From: Enoplolaimus lenunculus
Taxonomy: Eukaryota
Assembly (NCBI GenBank): GCA_030248215.1
Contig: JASANG010000957.1
Location: forward strand, 1 to 64,000
Direction: 5' to 3'
Length of the DNA stretch: 64,000 nucleotides
A model generated the notes under the pieces. The model was not told the origin of the DNA. It did no database searches and saw nothing but the letters and a program-made list of their open reading frames with translations. Within the stretch, counting starts at the first letter, position 1. The number at the start of each line of letters is the position of its first letter. The position numbers and the translations under genes are program-made. Below, in pieces: positions 12,010 through 25,030 of this stretch.

Positions 12010-15000
12010 ATGCCAAACTTTGACTCGCTAACTAAAGTTAAATACTTTATTCCTGGATCGAGTTCATCGGATGCTACTAACGACTTATTCAACAACGAGT
12101 TGTTAGCTTCAGTAAGCTTTGATGAGTCTGTGGGAAAATTTAGCGTTTTACTAACCGATATGCGACGAGCTTGGCGAGATATATTGGAAAACAAAAATGA
12201 CGTTTTGTGTCGTGTAAAGGTTAGTTTATTTATACTTGAAAATACGGCAGGCCTTTGTATTGAATTTTTTTTTCAAAACAAATTTGAATTCTAAAAAATC
12301 TCAGCGTGATTCTGAAAAAACAGTTGTAAACTTTGGTGATAATTTATTTTGTCCAAGTTTTTTAATTAACAAGATCGTTCGAAATATATATTTAAAAACA
12401 ACAACAGTTTTGACATTAGTTTATCAACTATTGTGTGATTTATCAAATTCAACGGCATATTTTTACGATTAGCTACACCTATCGTCAAAAGAATGCTTAA
12501 AAACTGAGATTCGGTTATATTCTAAATCTTTAAGCTTTCACTATAGTAAATTTAGAGTTTCAAATTTTAGTAGCTTTTGCATTATCTGACCTAAATTTGT
12601 AAGGTAGAAACATTACCATTTTGTGTTAAAACGGTTTCTGATGGGGGCCGATCCCTCCTTGCGCCGTTCCCCTCTGAATACACCCCCAAATTGGCGCTAC
12701 GTTCAGTTTGGGTTACGTTACAAAACTGCACGTTATACTCGCGAGTAACTCGGGTGCGGCTAAGAATATTTTGGCGCGGGTATAACCGAGGGTAAAGAAT
12801 TTCAAAGCTCGGCTAAAAAGTCGCGTTTACCCGCCTAAAATTTTCATAACAAACTTGAAACCAAATAATGTAGAAAAACGAGTTTTTAAACCGTTTTTAC
12901 CGTATGAGTGAAAAATAAGTATTACACTACTGAGATGTGGTGTCAAATCGATAGCGGTTATATTTTTAGCATCGAATAATATGTTTACAGCTTTCTGAAA
13001 GAAGTCTTAAGACAAATTGCGACGAAACCGTAAAGAAATGTGTGATTTAGGCGCTCTTAAGTTCTTAACTACAACGATTTTGTACAGACAGGAATGTTTT
13101 GATTTATTGACCACCCATGTCGGCAAACAACCTAGTTTTAACGATGATAGGTATACCCGCGGGTAAAAAAATATAATTCCGCGGCAAACAACCTAGTTTT
13201 AACGATGATAGGTATACCCGCGGGTAAAAAAAATATAATTTCCGCTGATAAAGCGTAACCCATGTAAAAAAATCTTTATCCACTTACAACTCCGATACGT
13301 TACGCTTGTTTTCATAATTTTGCTGATGTCGACTTTCAAATTTTTATCTGTGACATAAAATTGTAAGGTAGAAACCTTATTATTTTATGATAAAACGTTT
13401 TCTGATGGGGGGTGGGCTCCCTCCTTGCGCCGTCCCACCTCTGGATCGACATACGTTACTTGTTTACATTTTCTAGCTAAAAGCTTTTAGCATTTGCGTT
13501 TTCTAATGGTTTCAGCAACTCAATCCTCGTGTTGAAGCTGATCCGATGCCGTTGATTTCACATTTAACTCGAGTGATTTTGGAATCCGAACGCGAAACTG
13601 TTGATGTAACTTTAAACAACGCTGATGATGCGAATACTGAACTCAGTGTTGATTTTCAATCACAACTTGGTCGTGTGCCGTTTGTTTACAAATTTATGGG
13701 CAAACAGTTGCCGCCGTCAGAGGTATTGCGGTTTTGTGGTTATATATATATATATCAGGAATGGGTTAAATTTGGTTTCATACATTGTGACTCGAGTCAA
13801 AAAAATCTCACAACGCTTATATGTTTTGAAAAAATAAACATTTATATTTATACTATAAACATACTTCTTCGCTGTAAATTCCAATGAGTTCATTAATCAA
13901 CTCAGACGGAAAGTTAGCTATTCTGAGTTAATAATAACAGTGTAAAGTTTAACTCCTTCTGAGTTGACTTGATTCTCACTGTGAGTTGAGTTGACTCCGA
14001 GGGAGTTGATTAATTAAATCAGAATGAGTTAAATCAACTCTGAATTGTGAGTTCTGATAGTCCTAACTCTCAGACTGAGTGTTTCAACTGATTCTGAGTT
14101 CAAATCAGCTCCCTGGAATTTACGGTGTACACTAGCGGTTCATTTCAAAGTTTGTTCACTTAAAGTATTTTGAAAGATGATTGAAACGAAAACTAAAGCG
14201 TTTAAAATAGTGTTTTATTTTTGACACTATTCGTTTCAGTAGGGTTTTTAGTTTTACACTTGCATTGTTCAACCATGGCTAATGATGTGTGTTGAATTGG
14301 AACGCAGACAAGCGTTGCTGTTTGATTTGGTCGAAGCAAAAGATCGCGAAATCGATGAATACAAAGCTACTGGAGCCACTGTCGCCCGAAGTAAACCAGA
14401 ATACTGTATTTTTTACATGATAATTGGCCAATGGGCCAACGTAAAGAACAGGTGCGGAACAGTATTATATGCATATTCATAAGCCTAAGCCTAAGCGTAA
14501 AAATGAGCATATTGCTAAGCGTAAGCCTAAGCTTAAGAATGAGCATATTTTTAAGCTAAAACCAAACAAAGAAATTAGTCTATAGCTTAAGCTTACTCTG
14601 TTCACGTCATAGAGAAAAACGTTCCGCCTCTGATCTTTACATGTGCTTGATGATTGGAGTAATTTCAAATATATAGCACCTATCACCAGTTACTGATGTG
14701 TTTTTAAACTCACGAACTCGTGCAGTTGCGGATTTCAAAAATTACACTGAAGTAGGGCGGATGAAATCGGCAAAATGTGTTGAATTTAGAAGCTTGCCAT
14801 GATTCGATGGTTAGAAAAACCTCTTGAAGTATGTTCGCTTAATATACACTGATTGTACTATAAACGTGTGACAAATACTCAAACGCGAGTATAAATGCCG
14901 TACTTCAAACGCCCTTTACGTGCAATATAAACAAACTCAATCATAAAATTGATCAAAATCAGTTTGCATTCCAGTAGTTGTTAAGGCTGCTTTGACTAAT

Positions 15001-18000
15001 AATTTGCATTTAGACGTTCCAGTTACTAATTAGGACTGATAGCTTTCTCTGAGACAACATGTTTAAAGTTTGTTGCTGTTCGTATGTTTAATTGTTCATG
15101 TATTTGCAGCAAATTAGTAAAAAAACAAATCTGCACTACAAACTGTTGAAAATCAGTCTGGTTCAGTTTGTAAAAACCATATTTTTCAGTAAATTTTGTG
15201 TTTAGGTGTTGTACGCAGGGTGCAAAGCGGAACTGGATTGTATCTGAATCGGAAAAGCAAATTTATTTAACCACGAGTAAATTTTATTAACAAGTATAAT
15301 ATTGATTTACGATGTCTGTTGGCTGGCAACAAATTTCTTAAACGTCGCGTCAGCAAATCGGCGGTGATTTTTTTGGTTTTGTAAAGTTAAACTACAATCA
15401 ATTATTGATAAGTTAACTATCATCGTAATCAATATAATAGATAAATGATACTGAATTTTATGCATATCGCAACAAATAGGATTAAAATTAAAATTTCAAA
15501 ATTTCCGTTCCGGTTCATTATGCAGCACTCCTGAATCGGAATTCGAATCGGAACTCGTTTTCAATCGGTATTCTACTGACTAAAAATATACTTAAAATTA
15601 AGTAAAACTGTTGCCGTGTTTGGCAAAGGTTTACTTAATTTTAAGCAAACACAAAATTTTTAGCTTTACATTTACTTAATTAATCAGGAAATGACAGCAG
15701 TAGTTTTACTTATTTACATTATTTAAGCAAAGATTTACTCAATATTTAGTACACTTTTATACTTAAAAAATGTTAGTAAAATATAACTAAAGTATTTTAA
15801 GTAGAGTGTTTTTACGAAGTAATCGGAATTCGTGTATCACTTTGACCTTACAATAGTGCAACCAGTTTTTTAGGCAATGCCGGATGACGAATAAGAAAAA
15901 CGTTTTGGGTTTTAGATGCCAAAACGTTAGTCTTACAACAGTTGTCATTGAGATATAAAAGTTTATCTTTATATGTCGAGGGTAAAAATAAATTTTTGCC
16001 ATTATTTCAGAATCAATTCTTACAAAACCGTTCAACAGATGTGGTTGGGTCGCCGAACAGAACAATCCGACTGTAAAGTTGAAATTTGAGTTTGACATTT
16101 TTGCAGCTTTTATGACTACTGATTTGCATATCAGTGATTGTTTTCTGCAGCCAATTGGGCCCATGTTACTTTAAGGGGCGTCCAGATTTTTGGTGGGTCT
16201 ATAAAAGAGTATGTTTAGATTCTAGATTGTGTTTTTTGCTAAGGCTTAGGCTTAGGCACTAATTTTTGCAACGCTTAGGCTTAGGAATACGCTTAATCTA
16301 CTGTTACGCCAAAGTAACATTGACCGCAAATTGTATGGCTTAAACAGCATCACTCAAAACGTGTTTTTGGTAAACGGAGAAAATCTAAAATGAATCCCTT
16401 CAACACGAAACGCTATTTTGAGTATAAAATTGCTAATTTAGCATTAATAATCGCTTTATGATTGGTTAAATTATGCATTTTCTGCAAAAAACAAATATTT
16501 TGGTTTTCTTAGCTGTTGGCAAAATCTTCGCGTTCTGTGACGACACAAAATGTTGCAGCAACTTTATCGCAAGATGCGATTGCAGAATGCATTGCCCTGT
16601 ATTCGTCTGTGTTACGTAATGCGAATAACGGTGACGCTAACGATGGTTTGTTTGTTGATTTGTTACAATTATTGTCAAAAACTAACGCTATTTTTAGATA
16701 CGTTTCGAGTGTCAAACAGGCATCGCTTAAAACGCTTTTTTTGTTTGTAAACGGAGAAACTCTAAAATGAATCGCTAATAGAAAAGACGCTAAACATTTT
16801 TAGCGTTCACCAAAAATGTCGTTACACTTAATATTAACGGTTTGGTGTTCAAACTGCAAAAAGCGGTTTGTATTTGGCACACAATATCATATTTATATCA
16901 AGAGTGGATAATCACTATTTAACAATAGTGTGCAACTGGGCATATTCTGTGTAGAAAAGAATGTATCCGGCAGCGTTGTGTTTTTGCCCTACCTTCCATT
17001 TATTTAGAGGGGGTAAAACCGGTTCGAACCGTGGCATTTTATGTATCGGGCGTCAATCATGCTTCCCTTCTAGTTTAATTAAGGGGTAATCATGTGATAC
17101 CGACCCCCCTCTAAACAAGGGGGTCGGCCAAAAACACAACCTCCGGTGGTATATTTTGTACCATGCTGGACCCCAAAAGTCGCACACTCTTGTCATTATC
17201 CACTCTTGATTTGTAGTGAAAATATTACACCAAATGGTCAATGTATAGAACAGGGCCGTTACAACACATAGTTGTAATATCAAGGGTGGATGATCTTAAA
17301 CGAGAGTGTGCAACTAGCTGAGCAGTGTATGGTACAAGTTGTACTAGCACGCGTTGCGTTTTTGCCTTACCTCCCTCTCTGTTTAGGGGGTCGATTTCAG
17401 CTTCAATGCCCACGATATAGCTTGTATGCATGAACATATGGAATGTAACTTATTGATAATGTTTACTGAAAATTTTGACCCCTTCTTACAAGTAAGGGGG
17501 GTAGGCCAAAAATGCAACGCGTATCGATTACATTTTTGTCTACACTAAATGTGCCTAGTTGTATACTCTTGATGAAGTATGCATCATCGACTCTTGGTAA
17601 TACCAAGAGTGAATGATCACTCTAACAAGAGTGTGCAACTATCGAAATTTGTCCGGTACAAAATGTACCACCGGGCGTTGCATTTTTGGTCGACCACCTC
17701 TTATTTAGAGGGGGGGGGGTAGTTGATGTTTGAAATGTAGAATGCGCATGCTTTTAAAATTATAGACGGAGTTAGTTTACAACTGCAGTATTTCAACGTG
17801 TAAAATTGAAAAAATTGTCAAACTTGATTCCTCCCCTTAAATAAAGGGGGGTGGACCAAAAACGCAACGCATGCCGGGTACATTCTTATCTACACAGAAT
17901 GTACCCAGTTGCACGCTGTTGTTATAAAGAGTGATCATCCATTCTTGGTACTTAATACTAAGTCAAAGCGTGAGAATGAACTTATACCTTAAGTCAAAGT

Positions 18001-19880
18001 CTAAACCAAAGGAAAACAATAGTCTAAAGCTTAAGCGTACTCTATTACAGTCCGCAGAAAAACGTTCCGTTCCTGATCTTTACATGGGTTCACAAAATGT
18101 ACGTAGTTACACACGGTTATCCCGATCATTTTTAATTTTGGCTGCCAGTCCGCGCAGTATAATGCATTGTGTTTAAACCTCTGATTGTATGTTATTTGTT
18201 TTATTTCCAGATGACCCGCGTACCACACCATCAGATTGTCTTAGAACCTCAAAATCGGCAACCAAAAACAGCCCTGTAAAACGATCTCATCCAAGGGCAA
18301 ACGCAGGAGCCGAGTTGGTCCCAGAAAGCGGCGGTAATGAATCAAGCGACAGTGCCGTTGATGCGTTACGACGGAAGGTAAGTGACTGATATGAGGCGTC
18401 GTAGCCAGATCGTCAAACCACAGGGTGTCAAAATATTATTTCCGTCGGGGGCACGTGTTTTTACCATATAAGCGAGGCTATAACTTAAGGTAAAATTATT
18501 GTCAAGCAATGACCTCACAGCTGGGTGTTCCTTGAGCATGGACCTGTATTAGAGGTATACCATAGGGTGTCACTAAACGCCTGTTTCTGTTTTCGAAAAA
18601 TCGACGTCCGTTTCCGTTATAAAAATACCTAAAATTTAAAGTAAACTTAGCAGCAGTTATTTTTGATTTAAATTAAAATTAACAAAGATCATTCGGAATT
18701 TTAAAATTTCCGGGCGCATCCGCTATTGTTTTGTAGAAATTTGAAAAAAAGCCAGGTTAGTTATTAAGGTCAATGTAAAGAACAGGGGCGGAACAGTATT
18801 ATAAGCATATTCGTAAGCCTAAGCCTAAGTCTAAGCCTAAGCGTAAAAATGAGCATATTCCTAAGTCTAAGTCTAAGCCAAGCAAAAAAAGTAGTTTAAA
18901 GCTTTTAAGCATACTCTATTGCCGTCCCGCAGAAAAACGTTCCGCCCCTGATCATTAGATGGGCCGTTGCAATTTTATACCAATACAGTTGAGACATGCA
19001 AAAATATTGACCAAACTTTCTAAATCGTAAAGGAAAAACAGCGGATGTATCATAAATGTTTTTAAGATTTTGGATAAATTGTGCCAATTTTATTTCAAAT
19101 CGAACAATTACAGCTTATTTCTATGCGAAAGTTAAATATTTCGTATAAAAAAGTCATTTGCAACAAATGGAGATAAAAAATAACCAGATTTCCGGTATTT
19201 CTACATTGTAAATCCCAATGAGTTGATTAATCAGTTTAGCTTAGCGAGTTGGTTATTTGCGAATTAATATCAGTAAACATTACTCACGTTGAATTGAGTT
19301 GATTGTCACTCTGAGTTGAATTGAATCGGGATGAGTTTATTATCTCAAAATGAATTGAATCAACTCAAAATTCTGAGTTCTGATAGTCTAACTCAGACTG
19401 AATGATTCAACTCATTCTGAGTTACAATCAATTCACTGAAATTTACAGTGTATAGCGAAAACTAAAAAACAAACACTAATTTTACCGAAAATGAATATTT
19501 GGATACATTTTGGTTTGCACGCGCTGTCACCCGGAGTTGAGATTCTCCCATCTCACTTAGACACGTTTTCAGCTTACCTTGCTAGCAGGATAAACATAAT
19601 TCAGGAGGTGGCTTTCGATAAGTTACAAGCAAAGTTAAAAATTTTCATGAAGAAGGGGGTAAAATTTTTTCATGGGGCTGATCCCCCTCTGACTACGAGC
19701 CCGAGCTATGAGTGCGATCTGCCGTAATTTTGGTATATTACAATTGATAGCATTTATTTTAGTTTATTAAACACTATTTGATGTTTCTATTTTTTACTTT
19801 AGGAAGAAATCAAGCGAATGCAACAACAAGCTGACAAGGAACGAAAAGCTAAGCGACAACGTAAAGGACCGAGATTTTGA
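12010..19880 (+). CDS. NHEJ1: Non-homologous end-joining factor 1 (XLF/Cernunnos), ~331 aa
   Basis: Exons 12010-12219, 13516-13722, 14252-14390, 16011-16072, 16513-16645, 18211-18377, 19803-19880 (996 nt). Motifs LLTDMRRAW, RVKQLNPRVEA, SQLGRVPF, IVQPWLMM, KDREIDEYKATGATVARKSILTKPF match the XLF head and coiled coil. The basic C-terminus KAKRQRKGPRF* resembles the XLF Ku-binding motif. Donors of exons 4 and 5 are less certain. Confidence 0.88.
13870..14127. mobile_element. MITE family B (CACTGTAAA...TTTACAGTG ends, often TA-flanked, ~250 bp, TGAGTT-rich)
   Basis: Copies at 19204-19450, 28329-28558, 31283-31511, 31790-32041, 32345-32578, 33304-33549, 33682-33935, 34002-34254, 37484-37875, 38217-38467, 47587-47838, 61878-62129, 62638-62914. 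Confidence 0.85.
16899..17947. mobile_element. Three adjacent TIR elements of family E (CAAGAGT...ACTCTTG ends)
   Basis: Copies at 16899-17208, 17281-17596 and 17604-17947, each with long diverged TIRs (caagagtggatgatc...aagagtgtgcaact...gcgttgcgtttttg). Relatives at ~29506-29800, ~49862-50345, ~52110-52407, 52415-52710. Confidence 0.75.
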
Positions 19881-21773
19881 AAATGGCCGTACATGATGCG
19901 GGGTTCACGTTATAACCGAGGCAGCGGACACGGCAAACAGGAACACCCCGAAATTCTTCAAACGCCCCTCCAATAAAAAAACGAAAAAACGAAAAAAACA
20001 CGCACACCGAAACCCCCCAAAAAAACACAAATAAAAAGGAAAAAGAAGCGAGAAGAGACACCAAGCGAACAAAAAAAAACTTATAATCACCTACACACCC
20101 TACACACAGAACTAAATTTCATCCACATAAACGCATATCCAACCGCACCCCCCCCCCCAACACCCCCCCAAACAAAAAAATACAAGAAAAACGAAAGAAA
20201 AAAAAAAAAAAAATAAAAAAAAAAAAAGAAAAGCTTAAAAAAAATCCAAATACCAAAAACAGAAATAATAACACAAAAATTATATAAAATAATATATTAA
20301 TAATATTTTTTATTACATATCATCTAAACAAACGAGAAAAAAAGAAAGAAAATCAAAATAAAAATTAGATTTAAATTATAACATACAAAATAATAAAACA
20401 ATATTCGATAACAAACCCTATTCCTGCAACAAAACATACAACAACATACAATAAAAACACAATACAACAACAACTACACTCAATTTAACAAACCAATAGA
20501 CAGCACATAACACAACCACTATTAAAAATATTATATTTATTACTTCATCAATTATACACTAACAAAAATACACAACCTCCAAATATAAAAAATATTAATA
20601 ATAAAGAAATACCAACAAAACACAATAAATAGAAAAAAAAAATCAAACTATCCAAAACAGACACACATACACACAAATTCAGAAAAACCGACCACCAGTC
20701 AAATACTACAGCTTTTTAAATGAATTAAGAAAAAAATATCATTCTAAACAATATAAATGGAGAGACAGAAGGGTATAGACACAACATCATACATCCACAA
20801 AAAAAACATATACACTAACAAAACCACACACAACACACCAACCCCCCACCCACACTTCCCCCCCCACACACAACAAAATAAACACACTGACTCAGACCCA
20901 CGCACACCTAACACTCACCCCACTCCACACCCAACCCCTCTCAGCACACAATACTCCCACAAAACTAACCAAATCACACTCATTAAAACACAACACTCTA
21001 CACCCACCGTGCTTTAACGGTTGTGGGCTATGTCTGATCTTTATATAGTAAATTTTTCTCATCTGTTTTGTCGTATAATGCAACTTTCGCTAGCGTATGT
21101 CACTGAATGATTGAATGCCAGACACGCTGAGAGCGGACTGGTCTTCTTTATCCTGGGAACTTTGGCCAAAATTGACAGACGCAACAGCATCTGACCGGCT
21201 TGCAAACTTAAAAGACGAGATTTGATTGCCAAAAACCGCAATAATTTCAAGTTAAAATCTGAAGTCAAAATTGGATCTCAGACCCAAGTTTAAGCATATT
21301 CCAAAGCCTAAGCCAAGGAAAAAATAATCTAAAGCTCTTAAGCTTACACTAGTCTAGTCCCATACAAAAACGTTCCGCCCCTGATCTTTATATGGGCCCC
21401 GGAATTCAACACAATTTTTACATCTGACTTGTTTTCCTCCTGTGCGAAATTTGGATTGGCAGGACTTCGTCAGTTTGAAAACCTACACTACAAAAATTTG
21501 TGACTAAAATTGACTCTCTCCGAAATATACTTTTCGGGGCTACATGAACTGAGTCAAATCAACTCCGCCAGAGTCAAATGCAACTCACTGAACGAATCAG
21601 TGAGTCAAATTTGACTCAGGCGGAGTTGAACTTTGACTCACTTTGTGTAGTCCCGTAGAGTCTATTTCGGAGAGAGTCAATTTGACTCACCATTTTTTTG
21701 TGTATCTCTAACTGGCAGGGTGCAACCGGAATAATATAATCCCGAAACCAGGACCTATCATGTTTTATTCTAA

Positions 21774-22050
21774 AGCCATATTCACACGTGCAAGTTTTTG
21801 CTGCGAGAACTTGCAGCTGAAAATTGCGCACAAAACTTGCATTTTTTCATCAGCCAATGAGAAAGCGGCTGCAATAAATTCAGTGAACTTTGCATGGTTA
21901 TTCGCACATGTGAACTAAAATTCCTAACAATGATTTTTAATGAATTATTTGCAGCTGCAAGTTTCGCGAATGGAATTTTCGACAAAACTTGCAAGTGCAA
22001 ATTGCAGCTGCAAGTTCTCAAACCAAAAACTTGCACGTGTGAATAGGGCT
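21774..22050. mobile_element. PIF/Harbinger-like MITE (TAA target duplication)
   Basis: TIRs agcc(c)tattcacacgtgcaagtttt...aaaacttgcacgtgtgaatagggct flanked by taa/taa. Relatives at 43073-43293 and 44374-44739. Confidence 0.75.
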
Positions 22051-22419
22051 TAAATCAAATTTAGAACGACAAATGTTAAATAAACTATTTTACTACACAA
22101 GTGAAAATTATAAGTTAATCATATGAACACGATAGTGTTCATATATATGGTTCGCGCTTCTCAAGTGCGTATTTTCAGTTTAGTTAGCATGTTGGTACTC
22201 AAGTAATAGCAGACCTATTTCGTTTAAATTTTGTACACTGGTATACTGGTCCGTCGGGAATATCTGTGCCAAAGGATTTGCCAAAAGAGCGTGGCCTTCA
22301 GTAGTTACGGTCAAAAAACTCGTTACAGAAAGTGCACGAAATTTTCCATTTTGGTTCAGCACTTTTTTCCCGGTAGCTATGTAATTTTACGGTTATAACT
22401 TTCACCACTTTATAGAGCT

Positions 22420-24100
22420 TGTGGTTGGTTTCATCCCAACGGTTGGTTTCACCCCAAATGTCGGTTTCACCGCAACGGTTGGTTTCACCCCAACAGTCGG
22501 TTTCACCCCAACGGTTGGTTTCATCCGCACGGTTGGTTTCACCCCATCGTTGATTTCACTCCAACGATTGGTTTCACCCCAACGGTTGGTTTCACCCCAA
22601 CGGTTGGTTTCACCCCAACTGTGGTTTTCACCCCAACGGTTGGTTTCACCCCAACGGTTGGTTTCACCGCAACGGTTAATTTCACCCCAACGGTTGGTTT
22701 CACCCGCACGGTTGGTTTCACCCGCACGGTTGGTTTCACCCGCACGGTTGGTTTCACCCCATCGTTGATTTCACTCCAACGATTGGTTTCACCCCAACGG
22801 TTGGTTTCACCCCAACGGTTGGTTTCACCCCAACGGTTGGTTTCACCCCAACGGTTGGTTTCACCCCAACGGTTGGTTTCACCCCAACGGTTGGTTTCAC
22901 CCCAACGGTTGGTTTCACCGCAACGGTTAGTTTCACCCAAACGGTTGGTTTCACCCGCACGGTTGGTTTCACCCCAACGGTTGGTTTCCCCCCAACGGTT
23001 AGTTTCACCCCAAGGGTTGGTTTCACCCTAACGGTTGGTTTCACCCCAACGATTGGTTTCACCCGCACGGGTGGTTTCACCTTAAAGGTTTATTTCACTC
23101 CAACGGTTGGGTTCGCCCCAAGGGTTGGTTTCACCCCAAAGATTGGTTTTACCCCAACGGTTGGTTTCACCCCAACAGTCGGTTTCACCCCAACGGGTGG
23201 TTTCAACCCAACAGTCGGTTTCACCCCAACGGTTGGTTTCAACCCAATGGTTGGTTTCACCCCAACGGTTGGTTTCATCCCAACGGTTGGTTTCACCCCA
23301 ACGGTTGGTTTCACTCCAACGCTTGGTTTCACCCCAACGAGTGGTTTCACCCCAACGGTTGGTTTTACCCCAACGGTTGGTTTCACCGCAACGGTTGGTT
23401 TCACCCGCACAGTTGGTTTCACCCCAACAGTTGGTTTCTTCACAACGGTTAGTTTCACCCCAACGGTTGGTTTCACCCCAACGGTTGGTTTCACCCCAAC
23501 GGTTGGTTTCACCCCAACGATTGGTTTCACCCCAATGATTGGTTCCCCCCCAACGGCTAGTTTCACCCCAACGGTTGGTTTCACCCCAACGGTTGGTTTC
23601 ACCCCAACGATTGGTTTCACCCCAACGATTGTTTTCCCCCCAACGGTTAGTTTCACCCTAACGGTTGGTTTCACCCCAACCGTTGGTTTCACCCCAACGG
23701 TTGGTTTCACCCCAACGGTTGGTTTCACCCCAACGGTTGGTTTCACCGCAACGGTTGGTTTCATCCGCACGGTTGGTTTCACCCCCACGGGTGGTTTCAC
23801 CCCAACTGTCGTTTCACCCCAACGGTTGGGTTCACCCCCAACAGTCGTTTTCACCCAACGGTTGGGTTCCACCCCAACAGTCGGTTTCACCCCAACGGTT
23901 GGTTTCACCCCAACAGTCGGTTTCACCCCAACGGTTGGTTTCACCCCAACGGTTGGTTTCACCCCAACGGTTGGTTTCACCCCAACGGTTGGTTTCACCC
24001 CAACGGTTGGTTTCACCCTAATCGTTGGCTTCACCCCAACGGTTGGTTTACCCAACGAACAATGTCACCCCGTGGTTGTTTCGCCCCAATGGTTGGTTTT
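22420..24100. repeat. 18-bp minisatellite (~90 copies)
   Basis: Unit accccaacggttggtttc with point variants, between the convergent 3' ends of NHEJ1 and the RTK. Confidence 0.97.
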
Positions 24101-24249
24101 ATACAAATACGTTGGTTAGGCGCTTGTTGTCAGGATAAAAGTTTCTGTCATGCAAACGATTTATTGAAACTCTGTATTTAGTTTAATCAGTCTTCTCATT
24201 TTTCATTGTTCAGATTGATGGATTAATCAACAGCTTGGTAAAGCGGATG

Positions 24250-25030
24250 AAACTAGAAAAAATTGCTCAGCACTTGAGCAGAATGGAATATGCTTCATAT
24301 TCCTATTAAAAGGATAGTAACTAGACCAGCACATTCGTTCGATGTAACCTGGAAAAATATTAAGAAACAATGGCGTCCAAAATCATGTTAACTATTAATT
24401 CTTCTGAAACATATTGCGGATAGCAAAATTTCTGTAATTTTCTTTTTGTAACAAAACAAATGTTTTCCTTAAATTGAGTTTTCTACAAGAACGTACTAAA
24501 CTCACCTTTGGCTCTTCTATTAACATAGTTAATTGAATTTCATAAGAACACTTATGGCGACATAATTGGTGAGTTCGAGTATTGATGACCAATTTTGTTT
24601 TAGATACTTTCTCAAACAAGGCATTGTCACAAAATGACTGGCAATTGATGCTTTAAAAAACGACTCTTGACTTTAGCCGACTTTCAACCTTAGCGACAAA
24701 CAAACAAGTTTACAGGTCTACCGAGTTATTTGTTTCACTGCATAATCACTTCTAGAGGCTCATATCCTCACCGTATTCTGGCAGCATCGACTAATCTGGC
24801 AAGCAAAGGTCGCTATACTTCAGACGTCAAAAACTTTCAACATAAAAATAGATTTGCTCTCCGCAATATGTTTCAGAAGAATTAATAGTCAACATGATTT
24901 TGGACGCCATTGTTTCTTAATATTTTTCCAGGTTACATCGAACGAATGTGCTGGTCTAGTTACTATCCTTTTAATAGGAATATGAAGCATATTCCATTCT
25001 GCTCAAGTGCTGAGCAATTTTTTCTAGTTT
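24250..25030. repeat. Near-perfect 178-bp inverted repeat with 425-bp spacer, abutting the RTK stop codon
   Basis: 24250-24427 is the reverse complement of 24853-25030, with ~2 mismatches by eye. Confidence 0.95.

Noticed and set aside
22421..24119. Overlapping long ORFs (VGFTPT/VKPTVG/QRLVSP repeats)
   Set aside because: The 18-bp unit lacks stops in several frames; ORFs on both strands point to a repeat artifact.
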